Below the pieces are notes generated by a model. The model worked only from the letters and a program-made list of their open reading frames with translations, was not told where the DNA came from and made no database searches. DNA of 39,500 nucleotides from the sequence record SRR22947727_351, one strand, 5' to 3'. Positions 8,773-18,093 of the stretch are shown here, piece after piece (positions within the stretch are counted from its first letter, which is position 1; each line of letters opens with the position of its first letter). The translations under genes and the position numbers were made by a program.

Positions 8773-10153
8773 ACAGGGCGCCAATACAGCTATTTTTTCT
8801 CCTGTTTCCGGAAAAGCTTGGAAACAGAGAATTCAATATGAATTAGATGGAGCAGATTACAATGAACAAATGCTTCGTGAAAGTTCAGATGGTATAAAAA
8901 CAAAACCCTTTTACACCCGCGAAGACCTCCCTGAAAATTTCAGTCCTAATACCCAAGAAAATCAGCCGTTTCATATTGGTATTGAAGTGTTTTGTAACAA
9001 CAGTAAAATGTCTTTTGAAAAAGCGTTATGGAGCTTTGAGAAGGGATGTGACCAGGTGAAATTTCTCGTTCAAGAAAATATAGAGCACCCACTAGATTTA
9101 GCAAATCATATACCTGAAAACAAGTCCCTTATTTTTGAATTACAAAAAGCAAATTCCAAACAACTTAACAGTTTTATAGGGCATTTAAATACTGATTTAA
9201 AAAAATCCTGTCGCATTCAATTAGATCCGATCAGTCAGTTTTTTACGACTGGAAATTGGTGGTCCAATCAACAAGAAGATTTGGACTTAGTCTGCCAATT
9301 GGCAGCACTTAATCAAAACCCTAGGATCGTTATAGACAGCAGGGGTTTTGAAAGTGCAGGAGCCAGTATTTCACAACAATTGGCTTATGCATTAGCCCAT
9401 GCTCACGAATATATATTACTGTTATCTGAAAAAAAATTATTAGATCGGATACAAACTTTTGAGTTTATTTTTAATACGAGATCCTCGGATTTCTTTATGG
9501 AGATCAGCAAACTTAGAGCCTTTGAAATACTCTGGAATAATTTAAAGAAACTTTACCAATTTAACACCCCTTTTGAGCTGAGTACCCAACCATCAAAAAT
9601 TGACCAAACGCTCTTTCAAAACAACCATAACCTGATTAGAAACACCAGTAGTTTAATGGCTGGGATTTTAGGAAACTGCCATCATTTATATGGACTAGCC
9701 TTTGACCACATTCACAAAAAAAATCATCCTTACAGTGATCGTTTGTCTATTAATCAGATGCTTATTTTAAAACATGAATGTGGATTGTCTGGAACAAAAG
9801 ACCCTGTAATAGGAAGTTTTGCCATAGCGCATATTGTTTTTGAAATTGCTGAAAAAGCTTTATCAATTTTTAAGAGTACTGAGGCTAACGGGGGTTTAAT
9901 TGCTGGACTTAAAAACAATAGTATTCAAAAAGCCATACACCTTCAATTTGAGAAGAAAATGGAATTATACCGCTCAGGTAAACGGTCACTTTTGGGTGCA
10001 AACCTATTGTTTGAGTTGGAAGAACTGACTTTTGAAAAGTATCCCTTTTTAAGAATAGATAAAAGAAAAACCCTCATTACACCTTTAATTCCAAAGAGAT
10101 ACGCCACTTACTTTGAACAAAAAGCCTTAAAAGACGTAGATGAAAATCAGTAG
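8765..10153 (+). CDS. Methylmalonyl-CoA mutase small (non-catalytic) subunit
   Basis: WKQRIQYELDGADY, GIKTKPFY, AGASISQQLAYAL, FFMEISKLRA, KDPVIGS; lacks the DxHxxG B12 motif; overlaps the large-subunit start. Confidence 0.85.
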   Translation: MNKQGANTAIFSPVSGKAWKQRIQYELDGADYNEQMLRESSDGIKTKPFYTREDLPENFSPNTQENQPFHIGIEVFCNNSKMSFEKALWSFEKGCDQVKFLVQENIEHPLDLANHIPENKSLIFELQKANSKQLNSFIGHLNTDLKKSCRIQLDPISQFFTTGNWWSNQQEDLDLVCQLAALNQNPRIVIDSRGFESAGASISQQLAYALAHAHEYILLLSEKKLLDRIQTFEFIFNTRSSDFFMEISKLRAFEILWNNLKKLYQFNTPFELSTQPSKIDQTLFQNNHNLIRNTSSLMAGILGNCHHLYGLAFDHIHKKNHPYSDRLSINQMLILKHECGLSGTKDPVIGSFAIAHIVFEIAEKALSIFKSTEANGGLIAGLKNNSIQKAIHLQFEKKMELYRSGKRSLLGANLLFELEELTFEKYPFLRIDKRKTLITPLIPKRYATYFEQKALKDVDENQ

Positions 10154-12284
10154 AGATGCCATTGCATATTTAAATATAGACAAGAATCTGTCTCCAGAAA
10201 TTCCGTTAAAGGAATTCAAGGAAATAGATACGCTTGTTAATATTAAAGGAAATGCGGCAGGTTTTCCTCCTTTTACCAGAGGCCTCCACTGCAGAATGTA
10301 TTTGCACAAGCCATGGACTATTAGGCAGTACGCGGGCTTTTCTACTGCAGAAGAAAGCAATGATTTTTATAAAAAAAATCTTAAAGGAGGACAAAAAGGA
10401 CTGTCAGTTGCTTTTGACCTTCCCACCCACCGAGGTTATGATTCAGACCACATATTAGCTAGAGCAGACGTAGGTAAAGCAGGGGTAGCTATTGACTCTG
10501 TAGAAGACATGAAGCGACTTTTTAAAGACATTCCTTTAGATCAGATGTCTGTTTCTATGACCATGAATGGTGCAGTACTTCCCATAATGGCTTTTTATAT
10601 TGTGGCAGCAGAGGAACAAGGAACTCCATTGAAATCTTTGAGTGGCACCATACAAAATGACATTTTAAAAGAATTCTTGGTGCGCAACACCTACATATAC
10701 CCCCCGGAACCGTCTTTGGAAATTATTTCACATATATTTCAATACACTGCAGCACAAATGCCTAAATTCAATAGCATTAGTATCTCCGGCTACCACATGC
10801 AAGAGGCAGGAGCAACAACAGCGCAGGAATTGGCTTATACCATAGCCAATGGACTCGCCTATGTTAAATTAGGAATAGATTCAGGTTTGGAAATAGATCA
10901 ATTCGCTCCCAGATTATCTTTCTTCTGGGGAATTGGCATGGATCCTGTAGCAGAAATTGCAAAACTGAGGGCGTCCAGAACCATTTGGGCTAGTAAAATG
11001 CAACAGTGGAATCCAAAGAACCCCAAGTCATTAATGCTAAGAGCACATTGCCAAACAAGTGGTTGGAGCTTGGCTGCACAAGATCCTTTTAATAATGTGA
11101 CCAGAACCACCGTAGAAGCTATGGCTGCAGTATTAGGAGGCACCCAAAGTTTACACACCAATGCTTTAGATGAGGCCATTGCACTACCCACTGACTTTTC
11201 TGCCCGTATAGCCAGAAACACCCAAATATTTCTTCAAGAAGAATCTGGTATTAAAGAAATCATAGATCCATTGGGTGGCAGCCTTTTAGTAGAGCAAAAG
11301 ACAGCAGATCTTATTGCTGAAACTGAGAAAATACTGTCAGATATTGAAAAAGAGGGCGGTATAATACAATGGATTAAAGAGGGAAAAGCAAAGACGAGTA
11401 TTGAGGAGGCTGCTACATTAAAGCAAGCTAATATTGACAATAGCTCAGATATTCTTGTAGGCGTAAATACTTTTAATGATGAAATGGAACCCCCTATTGA
11501 TCATTTAGAGATTGACAATTTAGCAGTGCTTGAAAAGCAAAAAGAACAACTCAAACAACTCAAGTCTCAGCGGGATGAATCCGCAGTAAAACTTGCGCTA
11601 CTTGAGATTGAAATAGCCGCTAAAAAGATTCTTGATGCTGATTTAAAGCAAAATACTACAAGCCAGGAAAAGATGGATCCCTCGAGAAATTTACTCCACT
11701 TATCTGTAATTGCTGCTAGAAAAAGAGCTACTTTAGGGGAAATAAGTCAAGCTTTAGAGCATGTTTTTGGGCGCTATAAAGCCAAGCAACATTTATTTTC
11801 AGGGGTGTATTCGAAAGGGATTAAATCAGACAAAACATTTGAACTCGCACGAGAAAAAGTGCAAGATTATCTGCGTCATTCCGGCAGAAGACCCAGAATT
11901 ATGTTAGCTAAAATTGGCCAAGACGGTCATGATAGGGGCATTAAGATTGTCGCTACTTCACTCGCAGACATTGGCTTTGATGTAGATCTAGGTCCCTTGT
12001 TTCAAACGGCAGAAAATGCGGTGAAACAAGCCATAGAAAACGATGTGCATTTCTTGGGAATTTCTTCCCTAGCTGGAGGGCACAAAACAATCCTACAAGA
12101 TTTGCAATTGGCCTTAAAAAAAGCCCATGCTTTTGACATTAAAATTGTCCTAGGTGGGATAATCCCAATAAAAGACATTACTATCTTAAAAGAAAATGGC
12201 GCTAAAGCTGTTTTTGGTCCTGGTGTACCCATGGCAAAAACAGCAATAGAACTCCTTGAAATTCTAGCATCTGAGCTTGAATAA
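10140..12284 (+). CDS. scpA: Methylmalonyl-CoA mutase, catalytic B12-binding subunit
   Basis: PWTIRQYAGFS, GLSVAFDLPTHRGYDSD, TIQNDILKEF, SISGYHMQEAG, TQSLHTNALDEA, B12 motif GQDGHDRG. Confidence 0.96.
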   Translation: MKISRDAIAYLNIDKNLSPEIPLKEFKEIDTLVNIKGNAAGFPPFTRGLHCRMYLHKPWTIRQYAGFSTAEESNDFYKKNLKGGQKGLSVAFDLPTHRGYDSDHILARADVGKAGVAIDSVEDMKRLFKDIPLDQMSVSMTMNGAVLPIMAFYIVAAEEQGTPLKSLSGTIQNDILKEFLVRNTYIYPPEPSLEIISHIFQYTAAQMPKFNSISISGYHMQEAGATTAQELAYTIANGLAYVKLGIDSGLEIDQFAPRLSFFWGIGMDPVAEIAKLRASRTIWASKMQQWNPKNPKSLMLRAHCQTSGWSLAAQDPFNNVTRTTVEAMAAVLGGTQSLHTNALDEAIALPTDFSARIARNTQIFLQEESGIKEIIDPLGGSLLVEQKTADLIAETEKILSDIEKEGGIIQWIKEGKAKTSIEEAATLKQANIDNSSDILVGVNTFNDEMEPPIDHLEIDNLAVLEKQKEQLKQLKSQRDESAVKLALLEIEIAAKKILDADLKQNTTSQEKMDPSRNLLHLSVIAARKRATLGEISQALEHVFGRYKAKQHLFSGVYSKGIKSDKTFELAREKVQDYLRHSGRRPRIMLAKIGQDGHDRGIKIVATSLADIGFDVDLGPLFQTAENAVKQAIENDVHFLGISSLAGGHKTILQDLQLALKKAHAFDIKIVLGGIIPIKDITILKENGAKAVFGPGVPMAKTAIELLEILASELE

Positions 12285-12356
12285 GCTTTTCCATTAAGGA
12301 ATTAAATATTCACTTTCTGTTAATAAATTCTCCTTTTATAGCCGCTTAAATAATTG

Positions 12357-12364
12357 TATTTTTA
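12357..12364 (+). promoter_or_regulatory. Variant -7 element (TATTTTTA) for the parA operon
   Basis: TAnnTTTA 21 nt upstream of the ATG at 12386. Confidence 0.4.
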
Positions 12365-12385
12365 TACCCTAACTAGAGAATATAG

Positions 12386-13159
12386 ATGGGTAAAATAATT
12401 GCTATTGCCAACCAGAAGGGAGGCGTAGGAAAAACAACTACGACAGTGAATCTCGCTGCTTCATTAGGGGTACTTGAAAAAAAAGTGCTTTTAATAGATG
12501 CAGACCCACAAGCCAACGCGTCTTCTGGTCTAGGAATAGATGTTCAAGAAGTACAATTGGGGACCTATCAATTGTTAGAACTCACCGCTTTAGCCCAAGA
12601 GACTATTATAAAAACAAGCTCTCCAAATGTAGACCTCATACCCTCTCACATTGATTTGGTCGCTATTGAAATTGAACTGGTAGACGTTGAAGATAGAGAA
12701 TACATGCTCAAAAAAGCCCTTGCACCAATTCTGGATCTTTATGATTACATCTTAATTGATTGTGCACCATCATTAGGCTTACTCACCCTCAATGCGCTTA
12801 CCGCTGCACACGCTGTTTTAATCCCAATACAATGTGAATACTTTGCTCTGGAAGGTTTAGGGAAATTACTAAACACTATTAAAAGCGTACAGAAAATTCA
12901 CAACCCAGATTTAGACATTGAGGGCCTATTACTCACTATGTATGATTCAAGACTAAGGCTATCCAACCAGGTCGTAGAGGAGGTCAGAAAACACTTTAGC
13001 GAAATGGTTTTTGAAACGATTATACAAAGAAATGTTCGTTTGAGTGAAGCCCCAAGCTTTGGAGAGAGTATTATTAAATACGATGCTAGTAGTAAAGGCG
13101 CCGCCAATTATCTAAACCTAGCAGAAGAATTATTGAAAAAAAATAAGGATAAAATATAA
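12386..13159 (+). CDS. parA: Chromosome partitioning ATPase ParA/Soj
   Basis: Deviant Walker A NQKGGVGKTT, DADPQAN, IDCAPSLG, PIQCEYFALEG, RNVRLSEAPS. Confidence 0.96.
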   Translation: MGKIIAIANQKGGVGKTTTTVNLAASLGVLEKKVLLIDADPQANASSGLGIDVQEVQLGTYQLLELTALAQETIIKTSSPNVDLIPSHIDLVAIEIELVDVEDREYMLKKALAPILDLYDYILIDCAPSLGLLTLNALTAAHAVLIPIQCEYFALEGLGKLLNTIKSVQKIHNPDLDIEGLLLTMYDSRLRLSNQVVEEVRKHFSEMVFETIIQRNVRLSEAPSFGESIIKYDASSKGAANYLNLAEELLKKNKDKI

Positions 13160-13160
13160 T

Positions 13161-14060
13161 ATGGCTAAAGCGACAAAAAAACAGGCTTTAGGAAGGGGAT
13201 TATCTGCCCTACTTAAAGACCCTGAAAACGACATTAGATCTGTAACAGACAAAAATGCCTCAATGTTGGTAGGTAATATTGTGGCTTTAGACATAAGTAG
13301 TATTGAGGTGAATCCTTTTCAACCCAGATCTAATTTTAATGAAGAATCCTTAGAAGAATTGGCTGGATCTATCAGAGAACTTGGGGTGATTCAACCCATC
13401 ACTGTAAGGAAAATAGACTTTAATCAATTCCAATTGGTCTCAGGAGAGCGGAGGTTTAGGGCGAGTAAGCTGGTAGGATTAAAAACAATTCCTGCTTATA
13501 TTAGAATTGCCAACGACCAAGAATCTTTAGAAATGGCTTTGGTAGAAAATATTCAAAGGCAAGATTTAGATCCCATTGAGATTGCGCTTTCTTACCAAAG
13601 ATTGTTGGAGGAAATTCAACTGACCCAAGAAAAAATGAGTGAAAGGGTTGGCAAAAAACGGTCTACAGTAACCAATTATATGAGACTGCTGAAACTAGAC
13701 CCTATTGTTCAAACGGGTATTAGGGATGGTTTTTTGAGTATGGGTCATGGAAGGGCTTTGGTAAACATTAGCGACACGAAAGACCAAATAAAATTATACG
13801 AATTAATTGTAAAGAATCACTTATCTGTAAGAGATACGGAAGAAGCGGTTAGGAAGTACCAACAACCAGGGGTTCAATCTATTCCAAAATCAGAAAGTAA
13901 AATACCTTCTTTTGCTAAAGCAGATACAACTGAATTTCAGAAAAAATTTCAAGTGAAGATTGCCATTGCGGCATCGGCCAAAGGCGCAGGAAAAATTAGC
14001 CTTCATTTTAAAGATCTAGCAGAATACGAAGCCCTTAAAAAAACACTCTTAGGTGATTAA
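13161..14060 (+). CDS. parB: Chromosome partitioning protein ParB/Spo0J
   Basis: LGRGLSALL, NPFQPR, GERRFRA, ALVENIQRQDL, HTH RSTVTNYMRLL, MGHGRAL. Confidence 0.96.
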   Translation: MAKATKKQALGRGLSALLKDPENDIRSVTDKNASMLVGNIVALDISSIEVNPFQPRSNFNEESLEELAGSIRELGVIQPITVRKIDFNQFQLVSGERRFRASKLVGLKTIPAYIRIANDQESLEMALVENIQRQDLDPIEIALSYQRLLEEIQLTQEKMSERVGKKRSTVTNYMRLLKLDPIVQTGIRDGFLSMGHGRALVNISDTKDQIKLYELIVKNHLSVRDTEEAVRKYQQPGVQSIPKSESKIPSFAKADTTEFQKKFQVKIAIAASAKGAGKISLHFKDLAEYEALKKTLLGD

Positions 14061-14706
14061 GTACTTAACGATCATATTATTTTTTGGACTCTCTAGTACA
14101 TTTCATGCACAAGAGGTGCAAGAACAGGACAGCTTGCAAGCACCTGCATTGCTACAAAAAAAGAAACCAGTAAAGAAGAAAGGTGGCCTAATGTCCTTTG
14201 ACAGTGGCCCAGCTAAAGAAATTAACCCCTTAGCACCTGCCAGAGCTGCTTTCTTGTCTGCGGTACTTCCTGGGCTTGGTCAGTTTTACAATAAAAAATA
14301 TTGGAAGGTGCCTATGGTATATGCTGCTATTGGTGGGAGTGCCTATGTTTTTAAGGTAAATGATAATTTATACAGACGCTATAGAGACGCATTTAAAAGT
14401 AGGCGGGCGGGTTTTATGAACGATGAATTTTACGACGTTAATGAAAGTGGTATTGTTCCTGGAAGCCCAGATTTGTCTGACAAGGCCTTACAAGATGGAC
14501 AAGAAAGGTACCAAAAAGACAGGGACCTATACTTGGTGGTAACCATTGGCTTATACGCCTTAAATATTATAGACGCAAATGTAAATGCACACCTAAAACA
14601 GTTTAATGTAAATGACCAATTAAGTGTGGAGTACAAGCCTTTTTTAGATTTAGAACCCATTACCAATACCACTTATTTTGGGATGGGAATGACCATAACA
14701 TATTAA
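14053..14706 (+). CDS. DUF5683-family secreted/membrane protein
   Basis: Signal peptide ending FHA|QE; PARAAFLSAVLPGLGQFYNKKYWKVP and NIIDANVNAHL; usual position between parB and dapB. GTG start overlaps the parB stop. Confidence 0.75.
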   Translation: MIKYLTIILFFGLSSTFHAQEVQEQDSLQAPALLQKKKPVKKKGGLMSFDSGPAKEINPLAPARAAFLSAVLPGLGQFYNKKYWKVPMVYAAIGGSAYVFKVNDNLYRRYRDAFKSRRAGFMNDEFYDVNESGIVPGSPDLSDKALQDGQERYQKDRDLYLVVTIGLYALNIIDANVNAHLKQFNVNDQLSVEYKPFLDLEPITNTTYFGMGMTITY

Positions 14707-14707
14707 T

Positions 14708-15409
14708 ATGAAAATAGCACTTTTAGGTTACGGAAAAATGGGTAAAATGATTGCCCAAATTGCCAATGAACGAGGGCACGAAATTGTATTGACCCACGAA
14801 GGAGGTGCTATAAAAGATTTTAATGGAGCTCAAGTAGCCATTGACTTCTCAACACCTGAATCTGCTGTAACAAATATATTAATGGCCTTTAGCAAAGGTG
14901 TTCCTGTGGTCTGTGGAACCACTGGCTGGTTGGATCAGATGGAGGAGGTGCAAACAGCTTGTTTAAAACAAGAAACTGCTTTTATTTACGCATCTAATTT
15001 TAGTTTAGGGGTGAATTTGTTCTTTAAATTAAACGAACAGATGGCTGCTTTAATGAAACCCCATAGGTATGAAACTGCTATTGAAGAAATTCACCACATT
15101 CACAAAGTAGACGCTCCAAGTGGTACTGCCATTACACTAGCAGAAGGCATATTGGCGCAGGGAAATTTAACAGAATGGATACTTGCAGAAAATTCAGAAA
15201 AAAATGTAACAAATAAATTACCTATCACGTCTAAGAGGGAGGGAGAGGTTCCTGGCACTCATATTGTGAGCTATGCCAATGACACAGATACGCTTGAAAT
15301 TAAACACACCGCTCACAACAGAGCAGGATTTGCACTAGGCGCAGTAGTTGCTGCAGAGTGGATACAAAATAAAAAAGGCATTTTTAATATGTCAGATGTA
15401 TTGGCCTAG
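14708..15409 (+). CDS. dapB: 4-hydroxy-tetrahydrodipicolinate reductase
   Basis: GYGKMG, IDFSTP, VCGTTGW, ASNFSLGVN, EEIHHIHKVDAPSGTA, GFALGA. Confidence 0.96.
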   Translation: MKIALLGYGKMGKMIAQIANERGHEIVLTHEGGAIKDFNGAQVAIDFSTPESAVTNILMAFSKGVPVVCGTTGWLDQMEEVQTACLKQETAFIYASNFSLGVNLFFKLNEQMAALMKPHRYETAIEEIHHIHKVDAPSGTAITLAEGILAQGNLTEWILAENSEKNVTNKLPITSKREGEVPGTHIVSYANDTDTLEIKHTAHNRAGFALGAVVAAEWIQNKKGIFNMSDVLA

Positions 15410-15429
15410 GGGCTTAAAAAAACAAACAA

Positions 15430-17127
15430 ATGAATAGTTCTCAATGGTTATTAGCACTTGGTGTGCTCCAAATAGTACACTTCTTAGGTACTTATAAATT
15501 ATACAAAGCAGCAGGTAGAAAATCTTGGGAGGCCTTAGTGCCTGTTTATAATGCGGTTGTTTTAATGCGTATTATTCAGCGCCCTACCTGGTGGGTTATT
15601 TTAATGTTTGTCCCTGTGATTAACCTTTTAATGGTGCCCGTTATTTGGGTTGAAACCATTAGAACCTTTGGCAAAAGATCTGTATTAGATTCTTGGATCG
15701 TCGTATTAAGCCTTGGTTTTTATCTGTTTTACTTAAATTATGCAGAGAAACCAGTGCACAGGAGCGGCAGAGATTTGAATCCTGGAACAGCATTGGGCGA
15801 ATGGGTGAGCTCTATTGTATTTGCTGTTGTAGCAGCAAGTATGGTGCATGCCTATTTTATACAACCCTTTGTAATACCCACAGGATCATTAGAAAAAACA
15901 CTCTTAATTGGTGATTTTTTATTGGTCAGTAAATTTCATTATGGTGCCCGAACACCAATGACACCACTTCAGGCCCCAATGGTTCACGACACACTTCCAA
16001 TCCTTGGAACACCTTCTTATATTAAAAAACCGCAACTCCCCTACTTCAGATTTCCTGGATTTCAAAAGGTAAAACGCAATGATATTGTGGTTTTTAGCTG
16101 GCCAACAGATACTGTTCGCTTTTTTAGAGACCCTTCTAATATTAGGGTAGAAAAGCCTATTGACAAAAAATCTAACTATGTTAAGAGGTGTGTAGGGGTT
16201 CCTGGAGATCTATTGCGTATTCAAGATGGATATGTCTTTATAAATGAGGTTCAAACACAGCTTCCCTCCAGAGCGAAAACCCAGTATACCCACACCATTT
16301 TTGCCAGTAAAGGCGTCTCCTCTAGGTCATTAATAGAAAGTGGTGTTACAGAATTTAGCAGAAAATATACTGCACAAAATCTTACCCAAACCCAAGCAAC
16401 AGCATTACAACAGGGAGGTGCACAAATCTATAACAACCCTAACGGAGGCTACCTTATCTATACCCAAAGCGATGGCATAGATCCAGAATTAATTGCTGCT
16501 CAAAGACTGGCTCTTTCGGAAATTATAGACCGAGAGAGAATGGCTACTTTTTCAGACGCGGTAGCTGAAAAATTAGCCGCTCAAACGGGTATTGACTCTA
16601 TTGTAAAACAATTGGCCCTAAAAGGACAATACAACCCTTCCATTTTCCCTCATGAACCTTCCCTCCCATGGAATGAAGATCAATTTGGTCCTTTGTATAT
16701 TCCAGCAAATGGAGATACAGTAGACTTAAGCCTTCAAAATATTGCTTTTTACAAGGAGATTATCACCAACTATGAAGGCAACAAATTAGATATTAAGGGT
16801 AACGAGATTCGTATAAACGGACAAAAAACAAGCCAGTATACTTTTTCCCAAGATTACTATTGGATGATGGGAGACAACAGACATAACTCAGAAGATTCTA
16901 GGTACTGGGGTTTTGTGCCTGAAGACCATATTGTTGGAAAACCTATTTTTATATGGATGAGTATAGATGGCATTAATGATGGTATTAAAAATTGGAAAAT
17001 TAGATGGGATAGGGTATTTACGACGGTAAGTGGAGAGGGAGCGCCTCAGTCTTATTTTAAATGGTTTTTAGCTGCCTTAATAATTTGGTTTGGGATAGAT
17101 TTCTTTAGAAAGAGAAAAAAAGCATAA
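15430..17127 (+). CDS. lepB: Signal peptidase I, long Bacteroidota form with N-terminal membrane domain
   Basis: Catalytic Ser in IPTGSLEKTL, Lys in NYVKRCVG, and MMGDNRHNSEDSRYWGFVP. Confidence 0.95.
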   Translation: MNSSQWLLALGVLQIVHFLGTYKLYKAAGRKSWEALVPVYNAVVLMRIIQRPTWWVILMFVPVINLLMVPVIWVETIRTFGKRSVLDSWIVVLSLGFYLFYLNYAEKPVHRSGRDLNPGTALGEWVSSIVFAVVAASMVHAYFIQPFVIPTGSLEKTLLIGDFLLVSKFHYGARTPMTPLQAPMVHDTLPILGTPSYIKKPQLPYFRFPGFQKVKRNDIVVFSWPTDTVRFFRDPSNIRVEKPIDKKSNYVKRCVGVPGDLLRIQDGYVFINEVQTQLPSRAKTQYTHTIFASKGVSSRSLIESGVTEFSRKYTAQNLTQTQATALQQGGAQIYNNPNGGYLIYTQSDGIDPELIAAQRLALSEIIDRERMATFSDAVAEKLAAQTGIDSIVKQLALKGQYNPSIFPHEPSLPWNEDQFGPLYIPANGDTVDLSLQNIAFYKEIITNYEGNKLDIKGNEIRINGQKTSQYTFSQDYYWMMGDNRHNSEDSRYWGFVPEDHIVGKPIFIWMSIDGINDGIKNWKIRWDRVFTTVSGEGAPQSYFKWFLAALIIWFGIDFFRKRKKA

Positions 17128-17160
17128 AAGAGAAAAAGTCTAAAATATATAACAACCTAA

Positions 17161-17787
17161 ATGACTCTAAAAAAGACTTTATTATTCCCCTCTTACTTAC
17201 CTTCTATAGCCAGTTTTGCGGCCATGGTCCAACATGAAGTGATTTGGGAAGTTTCGGGCAATTACCAAAAGCAAAGCCTTAGAAACAGGGCGTATATCAC
17301 TAATGATAGGGGCATACACAGCTTAACCATTCCTGTTCAAGGCAAAGGAGAATTATCGCACAGACGCAGCTACGATCAAATTCCTATTGACAATTCTCAG
17401 CCTTGGCAACGCACCCATTGGAGAACCCTTCAAACTGCTTATAGAACCTCTCCTTTTTTTGAGTATTATGAGCAGGATCTTGAACCACTATTTACCCATT
17501 CTCACGACTATTTATTAGCCTATAATTTAGAAGTTATAAAAATCATTTGTGGGTGTCTTCAAATTCCATTTTCAGAAAACCACACCACTGTTTTTGAAAA
17601 AGAATCACAAAGCACAAATGACCACAGACACCTTATAAGTCCGAAAGCATTTAAAGACTTAAACTTTCCTGAGTACCAGCAAGTTTTTGGAGACAGACAC
17701 GGTTTTATTCCCAATTTGAGTATTTTAGATTTGCTGTTTAATGAAGGCCCAAATGCGTTGGCTATTCTAAATAACACCCTCGTTTAA
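17161..17787 (+). CDS. WbqC-like family protein
   Basis: PSYLP, YQKQSLRNR, LTIPV, W..HW..L..AY..SPFFEYY, YQQVF, NLSILDLLFNEGP. Confidence 0.88.
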   Translation: MTLKKTLLFPSYLPSIASFAAMVQHEVIWEVSGNYQKQSLRNRAYITNDRGIHSLTIPVQGKGELSHRRSYDQIPIDNSQPWQRTHWRTLQTAYRTSPFFEYYEQDLEPLFTHSHDYLLAYNLEVIKIICGCLQIPFSENHTTVFEKESQSTNDHRHLISPKAFKDLNFPEYQQVFGDRHGFIPNLSILDLLFNEGPNALAILNNTLV

Positions 17788-18093
17788 GTGCTGTCCTTTT
17801 TAATTCATTACGGCACCCATTTTATAGTCCCTATTGGTATTGCGAGATGGGGCTATCCTAGAAAGTTTAAAAAAGTGCTTTACCTCTTTTGGGGGGCTAT
17901 TTTTATTGATTTAGATCATCTGTTGGCATCGCCTATTTTTGATCCTGACCGCTGTAGTATCTTTTTTCATCCACTACATTCTAGTGTGGCTATTGGTTGC
18001 TACTTACTGCTTTGTCTTTTTAAAAAAACTCGTATTATTGGTTTTGCCCTTTGCCTTCACATACTAGCAGACAGTCTAGACTGTTTAATCTAA
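17788..18093 (+). CDS. DUF6122-family small membrane protein
   Basis: Hydrophobic 101 aa with HYGTHF, IDLDHLLA.PIFDP.RCSI.FHPLH and HILAD..DC; GTG start directly after the wbqC-like stop. Confidence 0.75.
   Translation: MLSFLIHYGTHFIVPIGIARWGYPRKFKKVLYLFWGAIFIDLDHLLASPIFDPDRCSIFFHPLHSSVAIGCYLLLCLFKKTRIIGFALCLHILADSLDCLI

Noticed and set aside
12328..12336. TGTTAATAA (TTATTAACA) as a DnaA box marking oriC beside parA
   Set aside because: It is a single imperfect copy in a 101-bp gap, with no box cluster and no dnaA nearby.
12285..14060. parS sites near parAB
   Set aside because: I saw no GTTTCACGTGAAAC-like palindrome by eye. A computational scan was not possible.
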